A stretch of DNA of 64,000 nucleotides from Adineta vaga (Eukaryota > Animalia > Rotifera). Positions 27,277-39,464 of the stretch are shown in pieces. The position numbers and the translations under genes are program-made. The stretch is from positions 10,230,001 to 10,294,000 of the forward strand of contig CP075497.1 of the NCBI GenBank assembly GCA_021613535.1, given 5' to 3'. The notes beneath the pieces were generated by a model, which searched no databases, was not told the DNA's origin, and was given only the letters and a program-made list of their open reading frames with translations. Position 1 is the stretch's first letter, and each line of letters opens with the position of its first letter.

Positions 27277-27741
27277 ATGGATCCACCACATGCTCATATT
27301 ATTTTGTCCACAAACGCTACAAGTGCTGCCAATCCACTTGCTGTTACAACTCCAACAGCAGTTGCACTCGATACTGTATTTCAAACGAATCGCGAAGGTG
27401 AACCACTTGAATATACAGAAATTATATCCAAAGAAAAAGAACACGAATCGAAATCTTCAACAACAGATATGACGTCGACAACGAAATTTGAAGAAGATCC
27501 AAAATCGAAAGAATATGTTTTGGAAGAAGTTGATGTTTATAAACCTTTAGCTGTCGTATCCGATACAACACCAGTTACTAGTAAAAACAATCAAATTGTT
27601 GGTACAACAGCATCGGGCAGTCTAACAACACCCGGTAAAATTGTTGGCGATATGGAGACTATCGTTGCCGAGCATGAGAAAGCTGTAGTAGCTGAACCAG
27701 TAACAAAAACGGCTACAACAGCCACTGAAACAAATGAATAA
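27277..27741 (+). CDS. Intronless Thr/Glu/Lys-rich, probably disordered orphan protein (~154 aa)
   Basis: Open frame MDPPHAHII...ATETNE* with genome-typical codon usage; AATAAA downstream (~27857). An upstream ATG at 27214 is possible. Confidence 0.6.
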   Translation: MDPPHAHIILSTNATSAANPLAVTTPTAVALDTVFQTNREGEPLEYTEIISKEKEHESKSSTTDMTSTTKFEEDPKSKEYVLEEVDVYKPLAVVSDTTPVTSKNNQIVGTTASGSLTTPGKIVGDMETIVAEHEKAVVAEPVTKTATTATETNE

Positions 27742-28416
27742 GTGATAGAATAACATTGCATTTTTTTTCAAAATCTATTGATAGTTAATCAAGCTTTCTA
27801 TTTATAGCTTCATTTTTGCATTTAATGATAGTATTTTATCATTTTCAATATTTCAAAATAAATCTATATACTAATCATGCATAATAAACACCCTCAAGAT
27901 GGTTTAGATCATTCGATGTAATTGCTTTACGGCACTTTCTTCTTTACGAGTATTACATTTATCTCATTTGTCCTTCACTTCATTGTAAAAAAAATCAAGT
28001 GATTATTTTATCAAATACCTACTTGAATTTTTTTATGATCCGAACAACGTTTTACACAATAGTAAATAGTATGAAGGTCAAAATCTGCACTTGAAATGTT
28101 TTTATCGAATGACATCAAATTAATGATCATGATACTGAAAGAAATCATTTTTATCTTTCAAATATATTCAGATAAACACTTATGTAGTTGTATGAATTAA
28201 AATAGATGTAAACTTGTTCATAAAGTACAAATCAGTTTATTAAAAATAACTAGTCTCATTTGAATAGAGTTACCAGAGAAAGACATGCAGTATTTATTAA
28301 AATGTACAAGAAAAAAAAACCATGAATAAAGTAAAATAAACATCCATGATACTGCAATGCCATACATTCAAAAGCATTAAAAAAAAACTCAAAGATGGAA
28401 TGATAACTGTATCCAT

Positions 28417-30720
28417 TTATCTGTTGGTATTCTTCAAATGATAATAGATAAAATAGACAAGAATACTTAACGGAGCTAATGATGTCAAAGTATAACCAAT
28501 GATTTGAAATGATAATGGATAAACAAATGATTCATATGAAATCGGACCCACGGTACGAAATGCAATCACTAACATACCAAAAAGCCAAATAGGTACAACA
28601 ATCACCCAGCAAAGCCAAATATGTGTTAAACGACGTTTTAAAACCTCCCTAAAAAGTTTCGGTTATATTTTTCTGAAGATTATTAGAAGTTCTACCTGAT
28701 ATGTGTGATGAATGTTTGACCAGGCCATTGTGTTGGTGGACATTTTTGAAACCATGATGTAAATGTTGTTCGATAGGCAAAAAGAACTGTACCTAATTCC
28801 ATAATACATATGATTAATAATGGAATAGCACCACAGATATAACCATCGAATATATTAAATATATAGAATCCAGCTCGAGTAGTCATTAGAAGACCGAATG
28901 AAAATGAAATAAAAACATAAATAGCAACAACAAATTCTCGTCGAATTTTTCGTCGTTTCGGTGATCTATCATACAATTGATCAAGTTTATCAAGTGCAGC
29001 TGTAAGTACTAAAGTGAAAACAAAAATAGAATTTTATAAAATAAACAACAAGATAAATATTCGAATTGAATTCTTACCACTTTCACAAGTAACAAATTGA
29101 GAATCAATACCAAGTAGGAAAATCATAAAAAAGAACGTTATTGCCCAAAAATGTGGGAATGGCATGAGACTAATTGCTTTTGGATAAACAATAAATGCTA
29201 GACCAGGTCCACCGGACACAACTTGTTCAATTGATACATTTGCTTTATGACTCATAAAACCCAAAACAGGGAATACAACAAAACCACTAAATACATTCGT
29301 TAATATACTTGTCGAGCCTGTGACAACAATATCACGATAGAAATTGTAATCAGATCTATTATAACTTGATAAAGCAGGAATTATACCCCAACCAATACCA
29401 TATGCCCAAAGAACATGTCCTTTATAGAAAAGAGAAAGGTTTACAAATACAGTCTTATTTGATAGATATATTTTCTACCTGCAGCTTGTATCCAAGCTTT
29501 TTTATTTAGTAATTGTTGTGTATTAGGTATTATATAATATTTTAAACCGTCCCAAGAGCCATCGAGTGTCATTCCTCGAATAAATAACGCAATCATTGGT
29601 ATATAAGGGAACAAAGCAGTAAATATCGCCACTCGACTTGTTAATCTAATACCTTTCCATAAACATAAATAAATAATTGTCCACATTACAATTAAACCAA
29701 CAACATTTGGCCAATGAAATGTTGATATCCCATCAAAATCATCGGATATATTTAAAATTGTTGTATTCCAAAAACGTTCTACTGAACTAACGATAGTTGT
29801 CGTTGTGTTTCCCTTCAACATTTCACTTTCTAATGATTATATGGAATATATTATTATAGACAAAGAATATAAAATGATTTAAAAAAAACGTTTGATTACC
29901 TACATCATCGCTCCATGGTAATCGAGAACCAATAGAGCTGAATGAATGAAAAAGATAAAGTCCACCCCACACCATGATCATTACGTAATAAAGAGCACCA
30001 AAAAATGAAATGATTACAGAAGCAATACCAATACCACGCATTGCTGGGGCAAATTCCCAACAACCGACAGGACCTTTACGTGAAAATTGACCAAGTCCTG
30101 TTTCCATCATCAATAATGGAATGCCACACAGAACACAAATAAGTACATAAGGTACGACAAAAGCAGCACCACCATTCTGAAATGCCAAATAAGGAAAACG
30201 ATAGAGGCTACCTAAAATAAAAATTTACAAATTAATATTAATCATTAATTTGTTTTTATCATTCTTTATCTCTTTGCGTATTTAAGTTCTTATTATTAGT
30301 TTGTTACAAATGTAATAGGACACTGTAGGTTTCATATCGCCTTTCATGTCTTCTATAACTTTCATTTAAAAAAAATGAATTTTAAATCAAACTCGAAACA
30401 TAAATCTAGGACTATTTACTAAAGTAACTTAAATTATTCTTACCAAGACCAATAAGTCCGCCAAGTGTTGTAATCAAATAATCACAATTATTTGACCATG
30501 TTTCACGTGTATCTTCCACATCTAACATAGGTTTTCGACTTGAATTTGATGGATTATTTACAATAATTGTGGTTTTATTTGTTTCTGGTTCAAGTTCAGC
30601 AATTTCACGTGATGATTCAGAATAATCATCGAAATCATTCTGTTGCTGCTGGTGATGTTGTTTCTCCTGTTGGTCGGTAGTAAGCAACGAAACAAACATG
30701 CTTGCGGAATAAGACTTCAT
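28417..30720 (-). CDS. SLC6 (neurotransmitter:sodium symporter) family transporter, divergent ion sites
   Basis: [81 protein letters not shown]; 12-TM layout across 6-7 exons. Confidence 0.93.
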
Positions 30721-32128
30721 TTTAATAGTTTAATACAATCGAACATTGTTTCTCTGTTATTTTTTATTGGACTTTGGATTGAATGATTGTTTATTAACGA
30801 TGAAACGATATAAATCCATGACTGAGTCCACACCCCTATTCTTCTTTTTTTCTCTTTTCTCTTTTTTCTCCATATAAATAAGAGAACGACAAAACATAAC
30901 TTTGTTAACGTAGACATTCTCCTCTGCAGTAGTTTTCTTCTTTTCTTTTCCTAATAAAACATTTTTTGTGTTCTTGCATCTCATTCATTGCATAGCAAAC
31001 GTTTTTCCTCAAGGAAAGAGTCTCAAGAAGAAAAAAACAAGAGAAAAATAGAATGACTAACGAATACACAGTTCTATTCATTTACGTGCAGATCATTACA
31101 ATGTACGTTTTTTTTCTCTATTAACTATTGTACAAATATCAAAGTCATTAATTTAATATCTTATCTATTAACACAATTAGTAATCATTCGAAAACAATAA
31201 TATTTTATTCGTCAGATGTCAGTCCGTAACGTTTTGTGATTCAAGTGCATAGTTATTCTGTATCTAGCTAAAAGACATCATATCAAAATGTAAAATCCAA
31301 TGTTTTTTTGATAGTCGACGAACGAGAAAATAATTGAATCAATACGAATGTAAAGAAGAAAATATGACGAACGAGTAAAATATGTAAAAATGTTTTTTTT
31401 TATTATTTTATATAATCTCATCCTTATACTTTGACCTCTGAAACCATAAATAATCTGTTCTAGTGAATATTTCAATGCAAAGTACAAACTTCAGTACATA
31501 ATCCAACTCATTCGAATAGAAATGTACATTCCACTATTTGTTATCACTTCGAAAATAATTGACGAAATTTGAACCAGAGCTTTCGTACAAAATAGGAATA
31601 GTTCTATTTTGGTTTCCATGAATTCCAATTCCTAAGTATACATATATACGTCTCTGCTTATCAATTACGTTCTTGAGTAATAAAAATTAAATCTTTATCT
31701 ATCACACTATATCATATTTGTTGTTAATCATAATATAGATTTATTGTTGAAAAGAAAGAAAACAAGAGAAACATATCGTCTGTCATCATAGTCACACTGA
31801 ATGGATATGAAGAAAAAAGAGATTCTCGGAGTACTCCGATTTCAAAGAGTCACAGTTCAGAGCGCAATATGAAAGAATAAAAGACATTAAAAGTGAGAGA
31901 ACAAGTGCATAACAACTGAATTTAAAAAAAACAAAAACAAGCAGAAAAGAAATGATTCACCATCGACCATGTGAGCATTGCATATCGATTGTGCATCTAC
32001 TTTTCTTGTTTAAGTTCGTAGTCGTCGAAAATAAATAGAGAGACTCATAGAAAACAGAACAAATCGTCTACGAATTGAATAACATAACAATAACAAGTTA
32101 TCGATATGGTGCCATTAAATTTTTTCAT

Positions 32129-35100
32129 TTATTCCCTTGCCTTTTCTTCGTCAACATCAGCATGTTGTAACCAGTGGAAAAATGCTTCTGTAGACTTCAC
32201 AATCTCTTTATGTCCTATCAAAAGAAATTTGGCATCAATATTTTAGAAAATATCATTTAAACTTACCATCAATTTCAGATTGATTTGGTTTTGTGAGCCA
32301 TTGATTAAATATTTCTTCGCTAACGCAATCTTCATCATAGAATTTATCGAACAACAATTGTGCCATTTCTACAAAAAAACAAAGACGAGTAAAGTTGAGA
32401 TATTTTCACTATTAGTCATTTGTATGACATAAAATAGGATGAATTCTTACTTTGTGGATGTTCCAATTTGGTAACAAAATTTTGAATAGCATAAATCGCT
32501 TCAAGTTCAGCTTCTGGTTTATCTTGAATAATTTCATGTAAAATATTCAATCGTTGATTTTCAATAAAATCTTGCATCGTTTCATTTTCGTCAAAATCTT
32601 TCAAATGTGCTTCCAAATATGACAAAACAATATTACGTATGTAAAATTTGCTGTCAGAATTCATATGCTACAATAAACAGTAATATTAATACACTTACAT
32701 TTTGAAACATTATACATACTTTATGAATGTATGCATGAATATCTGAATCCGTAACTGATGTATTTTGTACTCCCATAGATTTAAATAATTGTATTAATTC
32801 AGGATCAGCACACGGAATTGAATTATCATTAGTGGATGCTGTGCTTTGTTGTTGCCCAGATAGCCAACTATATTCATTAACGAATGAAGAATCAAGTACA
32901 TTTGATTTTAATAAATCATTCAATGTGTAACCAGCTGATTGCCAACATTTTTGTACGTAGTCTTTGGACTGTAGAAAAAAGAAAATGTAAAGATATACAA
33001 TTTTTCAAAAATCACAATTAGTTCTTACAGAAAATTCTACGGCATAACGAATAATATATTCAAATAATTGTTTAGATTTCTCATCAGAAATTGATTGTAC
33101 AATTGATTTCAATAATAATATATTTGATTCTGTAACACCCATAAATGCCCCAAGAATTTCACCAATATATTGCCAAATACGAGGAATATCTACTATGTAA
33201 TCTGGTACGGTATCGATTACCATTTGCAAACTAGAAGTATTAGAAAAACAAAATACATATACATGTGAATCTTTACATTAGAAATTATTCGTACCCAGCT
33301 AAAAATCCTTCATTGGATATGACTTTTCGTTGAAGAGTAACAGCAAGTAAATGTCCAATAGCTTTTCGTGCTCGTGGTTTAGCTTCAAGAACATTTGTTA
33401 ATAATTCTCGAATGATAATTGCTTGTTCATTCGTCTTCGATGTACAAAAATCAGATAAATCTTCAATAGCGTCCTATAAAATTTGAAAAATCAATAATTA
33501 AGAAAAAACTCTCTATCATTCTGTTTTTCGAACTTACTGTAACAGGACGATCGGTTGATTCTGAATAATTTTCGGTATATTCTTCACTTAATGCTTGTAC
33601 ACGAGAATGAATTTTTACTTCATCAAAAGTCTGATTCACTGCTGTCGATGAAGGTACAGATATTTTGGTTGAATTTGAATCAGGTGAAGCATTACGAGAT
33701 TGTTCACGACTAACAACACGTGAACCTTCACGCGAATTTGCCATAGAAGTATTATTTGAATTGACTTCTTCATTATTCTGTGCTAATCCCTGAAAGAGAA
33801 AAATGAAGATCGCACAAATAATCTAATCACTTACTTGAGCTGATGGGCGTTGAGTAGAATTATTAGCAGAAATTTTAGCATATGTAGCAGTTTGCGGTCT
33901 GAATGATGGAACAGAATTGACTGAAGTTTTAGTAGTTCTAGAAACAAAAAAAAGAAATTTCTAAGTTATAGGATCATTGTTAGATAATGATTAAATAAGG
34001 AATTGAATTAGATTTTCATGATGTCTAGCATTTTTTATGTAAATACTTAAACACACTTCTTGTTCGATTATGTCTTAATTACATTAAAACCATCATGATA
34101 TGAAAAAGACAACTTTTATTTAATTCGATCGTATTTTTCTTACCGATTTGCATTTGTTTGATCATCTTCATTTTTCTTTTCAGTGGTTGATGCTTTAGAC
34201 CAAGCTGCTTGTGGTTTTAAATTCAATGGCTATAAAAATAAATAATCAGTTGTATAAACTAATTTCTGAATATAATAATATTCTTACGAATGGTCCTGTA
34301 GTTTTCTTATCATTTGCTTGATATTGTCGTATCGAACTAACATTGAAACCTTTATCCATTCGATCCGTACCTGGTCGATTTGATTGTTGTTTTGATCCAC
34401 TACCACGACTTCCTCTTGATCCAGTATATAATGGTGGATGATTTTGTCCATAGTTATTGTTTCCACTGGCACCATTGCGATATTGATCTGTACGTTGTTG
34501 TCTATCACTTTCTTCTTTTTCACGTTTGATTCGATCTTGTTCACGGATTTGATCAATAGATACAGGTTTAGCTTCAGCAATACGAGGAATCCATTCCGCC
34601 TATTGAACAAAGTTAGAAAATTTTTTTTACAAAATCTATTCATTCGTCTTACTTCTCTCAATTCTAATAGATCTTGTATCATGAATCGTATACGTGCTGA
34701 TGTTTGTCGTTGTTCAACAATTTCATTTAGTTCAGTGTAAGTTTTCTCCAATTTTTTGACATTTGCTGACTAAAAAGAATGTATCAATAAGTTCTACTAG
34801 AATTCAAATGTGAATAAAACATCGAACAAATGTTAGTAAAGCATGAAACTTATTTAGTATTTCATTTAACACTTACTTTCTAATGAAAACAAAGATGAAA
34901 GAAAAAAGAAAAAAGAAAGAATAAATTTCAAATAAAACAATTAATGGGAAAACGTCATTGACTAGGCGATCACTTTTTCCTCCATGAATTTACATACCTT
35001 GTCATCGAATGTCTTGCCAATAGTACGTAGAAGACGACATAAACATTCAAGATTTTCTTCGTCAGTTTTATCTTCAAGTAAATATTCCATACAACTATAC

Positions 35101-37671
35101 ATGATGTTCTCTGTTAACATATTTAATTTGAATAATTCACCAATGAAACTAAATCAAACCGAAAAACTACAATTCAATCTTTTCAATATTGTTCATACTT
35201 ACAGAATATTGCCAAAATTTCGTCGTTTCGCTTTATTTAAAGCTTCTTCTAAATTCTCTGCTTCTTCTTTTTGAAGTTTTTCATCGGTAATTGCATCAAC
35301 TGCTATCTTTCGTTGATCATAATTAATATCTTGTCGATAATCATTTTCAAAGCCTTTTTGACAGCGTGATATTAAGATTTGTCGAAATGAAAAAGTTGTT
35401 GTTTCACCATTTTCATTCGGTACTGTTACTTGTTTCTTTTTAAAGCTATCACATAATTCAGCATACATAAAACAATATTTTGGTTCTTCGACTGCTTTTG
35501 AAAATATAATATCAATCATTCCTTCTAATCGTTCATAACGATCAAGTTCAAGTTTTTCAAGTTGTTCAACTAATTTCGTTCTTGTTTGTGGTGTTAATTT
35601 GTTTAAGATTAGTCGAACTTCACGAAGAAATTTATTGTTTGCATCAATAAGTTTTTGTTTTTCAACTTCAATTTCACGAACAAATCTTAGATTAGCTGGT
35701 CGTTGTTGTGCAAGAGGAACTGCTCGTTTACTAAGAAGTTCTTTGATACTATAACGATATCGATTTGATTTTGGTGAACCTTCTTCTGTAGATGTCGGTG
35801 GGATATTTTCCGATGTTTCCCTAGGTGAAGTTTCTTGAAGTTGTTCTGATGAATTAGAAGATAATCTTTCTTCTGCTGATGGTATTTCATTATCAGACTG
35901 AAATTACACAAAAAAAGACATGTTTACGATATTCAATCATTGTATTCTACCTTCAGTTTACGAAAATGAAATACTCGTGTACGATATTGTCGTTTTTTTA
36001 ATACCATTATACCTTTCGTTTTATTCAAATGAAGACTATTTTTCACGGAATTTAAGAGATATTTTAAAGTCTCTGATTTTTGTTTACAAATATACAACCA
36101 AAAACTTTTCTTTCTTCTTTTCTCTCGATTCTTGCGCAATATCAACTTTTCTTGATTATGAGAATGACGATAATGCATTCTCACAACACAGAATAAAAGG
36201 AAAGTTCTCATGACTCATCGTACCGACGTGTTGTCGGGTTAATCAGACTGGGAAAAAACTCATTAGGTCCAGAAATATGCTAACTATGTTCAGTCGATTT
36301 AGTTTGGCTATTGAATTTTACGAAATATTTGAGATTCCAAAACTTTTCTTATGTAAGAAATAAATTAAAACGCCTACTGCTGTTTCGGAGTGCATCGAAT
36401 TAATATCCAGTGGTTCTGATGCTTCAGAATGATCTTGTTCATCTTCTTCAATATCATTTTGATTTGGTTCTATAGTTAATTTTTCATTATTGTTACTTCG
36501 AGTAACACTAGCAGGCTGACTAGATTGTGTTCGTTCGGACGTTTTATTTGATGTTGCTTCGTTATGAGTATCTATCACACCATCATTTATCGAAACGCTC
36601 ACTTTCTAAACGATACAAAAATCAGTAAATAAACATAAAATGAACGTATTTTCGATATTTCATACTTTATCTGTTGGAATTTTCTTTGATTCATTCGATG
36701 TTACTGTGAGAGGAGTATGTATTACTGCAGCTGTTTTTTCCACTTTCACGGGTTGATTTGATGTTGGATCAACAATTACTAATGGATTTTTTTTACGTTT
36801 TTCTTTAAAGAAAGAATAATTATACCATAGAATTTTTCTTTTATATCAATAATTCTATACCTGTAGCTTGAGTGTTAAGAGATGAATATCCATTCTGTGA
36901 ACTCATCTAAAGGAACGAAAAGTATTCTTCATCATAAAATAATAGTCATCATGCATACTATTGACTGAGAAACACCAAGTGGTGGCTGCACTTGTTGATT
37001 GTGAACTGGAGTATAGAGTCCGGAATTCATTTGAGAAAATTGTGCATATTGGGGAACATTTCCTTGGGCCGGAAAAGCTAAAATAGAAAATATTCAACAT
37101 GATTTGTTTCCATCAATTTCGAATAGTGTTACATGTATGCCGATACGGTTGAGACGGCTGAGTTGGTTGTGGTGGTACAAATAACGGCGTTCGTGCGACA
37201 TTCATTGCTCCGTTTGGTACTGCATTTTGCTGTTCATTCGGTGGTCGAACAATAGGAAGACCTGCATTCTAGTTAAGAAGAATGAATTAGATTTACTCGA
37301 ATATCATTTATCAAGTATAATTCTTACTGAAAATCCATTTGGATGGTTAAATGGGGGCGTTGAATATGGTGGCATATATATTTGTTGTTGTTGATAAATG
37401 TTGGGCATTTGATGATTGTATTGCTAAATATGAAAATATATAAACCGAAGAAATGTATCGATAGAACTCTTACTGGATGTGGGATATAATTTGTGCTATA
37501 TGAATTGGATATTGTTGCATAGTCTATAAAATATATGAAGACAAAAATGTTATTATGTCGTGAAATACAACAAATTTTGTTTGTACCTAATCCATTCGGA
37601 TTGAAGTGACCACTCGGAGGTGGATGTAACTCATTCGTATTCAGATAATACGCTTGTTGATCAGAATTCAT
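32129..37671 (-). CDS. EIF4G: Eukaryotic translation initiation factor 4 gamma
   Basis: PABP-site-like [12 protein letters not shown], eIF4E motif YSIKELL, MIF4G ([52 protein letters not shown]), MA3 ([13 protein letters not shown]) and W2 ([24 protein letters not shown]) domains. Confidence 0.95.
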
Positions 37672-38382
37672 CGTTTGTATTGATTAAATTCGAAAATTTT
37701 ATGATAAATATCTGCTTGTTTCTATTAAGTTTATATACTTATGAAATACCGATTAGTCATAAGAGTAAATGCTACGCAGTGGTAGAATGTTGACTGTTCA
37801 AAAAAAGAATCAATAAACTAGTGTTAATGTTAATTAACTTAATGTATTGGTTGCAAGAATAATAATAAAAATAAAATGTTAATTGTTCTTCTTGTCGTTA
37901 ATTGAACAATTAAAGCTGATTATAGTACGAATAAATACTGAAAGAAAGAAACGAGAAAAAAGATTTTTGATGAATAACGTCAGCGAATAGCAGTTATGTA
38001 TTGAAATGTGTACTTAACGCCTGCGCATCCAAAGTGTAAAAAGAATAAGGGAGAAAAGACACTCGATGATGCATGTTGCTCTTTTTTTTCTATGAAAGAA
38101 AAGAAAAATCCAACATTATTAGAAAAGAAAAAAAATTTCGAAATGTCTCTTTATAGAAGAGGAATATCAAACAGTTTCTAATTGGTTTACATCAATGAAT
38201 CATATTCAAATGGATTTTTCTCTCAAATCATAGCCTCCTAATCAATTTATTATTAAATAAATAAAATAACAAATAAAATAAAATAGACCATTGACTTGGT
38301 ACTTTCTGCTCGTTTAGTAATAATCAACATGAATAGATATCTTGTTAATAAGATGTCACTAGTTTGCAGTTGTTGTTGAGAG

Positions 38383-38661
38383 TTAAGAAATGAGTTTTAT
38401 GAATGTAGCCAACATAAGAAACACAAGAATAAAAGTAAGAACAATAAGCAAAAATTTGATTGTTCGAAAGTTATTTTTCCACCAAAATTGCCATTTCGTT
38501 TCATGAGTAAGACGTCGAAATTGATCAGTTTCTTGATTTAAACTTACTGCTGCTACACTGAGTTTCTCTAAATCACAATTTCGTTTTTCCAATAGATGTA
38601 TATTTTCTTTTGCAATGTTAGTTACGCCACTAATTTGATTTTGTAGTTGTTCCAGAGACAT
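38383..38661 (-). CDS. Minimal synaptobrevin/VAMP-like R-SNARE
   Basis: LQNQISGVTNIAKENIHLLEKRNCDLEKL (zero-layer Arg), ..QFRR..WWKN followed by a C-terminal TM helix; intronless. Confidence 0.82.
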   Translation of the reverse strand: MSLEQLQNQISGVTNIAKENIHLLEKRNCDLEKLSVAAVSLNQETDQFRRLTHETKWQFWWKNNFRTIKFLLIVLTFILVFLMLATFIKLIS

Positions 38662-39464
38662 GTTAAAAATGGATGCTGTGTCTATTGAGATTTTTCCGTT
38701 TTGTGTTAAAGCAAAAAATTCATGTCAATAGATTTTTTGTTGTGAAATAGGAATAACGTCAATAGATGATAAGTATGTGTCAAAGAATAGAGTGATTCTA
38801 TATATTTTTTTAGTAAATATTTTATTTTCATATTTTGCATTAGAATAGTATCAACAATTCTTTTATCAATGTCGATTTCTAATAAACCTTTTTTAGTAGA
38901 ATATATCGACAGTTGTTAAGTCCATGTATGATTACGATCATTCGAATTAAGCGTCCGTTTTTGTTTGTTTGAATAGAACTACCTTTCGAGGTACTTTATC
39001 AATAATAAGTAAACGAACACTTGACCTATTTCTTGACAGAGTTGTTTCATATATGGATGAATTGCGCTGGTATTGTACCGTTTGACAAAAAGATTGAAAA
39101 AAATAAATAATACGATTATAAAGCATATTTTCTCTGCTATTTGATAGAGCTCTATTAGTTGTGTATAAACAAGGATTTTCCCAACTGTTTTCTTTTTATT
39201 AAAACGAGAATAACAGTATGAAAAACGTATATTATAAAATCAGTGTTTTTCTGGTCTTTTTGGGCTAATGAAAGATATCATTCTTAGAATTTTCTTGCCA
39301 AAAAGAAATAAAAAAAGCGTATTTATATACTGTTACCATATATGCAATCGAAAGTTTATGAAAAGGGGAATCTAATGAGCATGTGTAGAACTGTATCTAC
39401 GATACATGCATAAGTAAGGGGTAATGAATGTAAATTGCTGCTCTTTCTCTAATTGGTGACTGTA

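Noticed and set aside
34438-34740. Antisense ORFs over coding exons (also 22808-23020, 45882-46181, 56601-56888)
   Set aside because: Shadow frames of real genes on the opposite strand.
35933-36213. ORFs inside the larger eIF4G intron
   Set aside because: No motif or convincing splice context; cannot distinguish from chance.
38927-39078. Possible Tc1/pogo-like remnant between the VAMP and PTB genes
   Set aside because: The putative inverted ends match too poorly to support.
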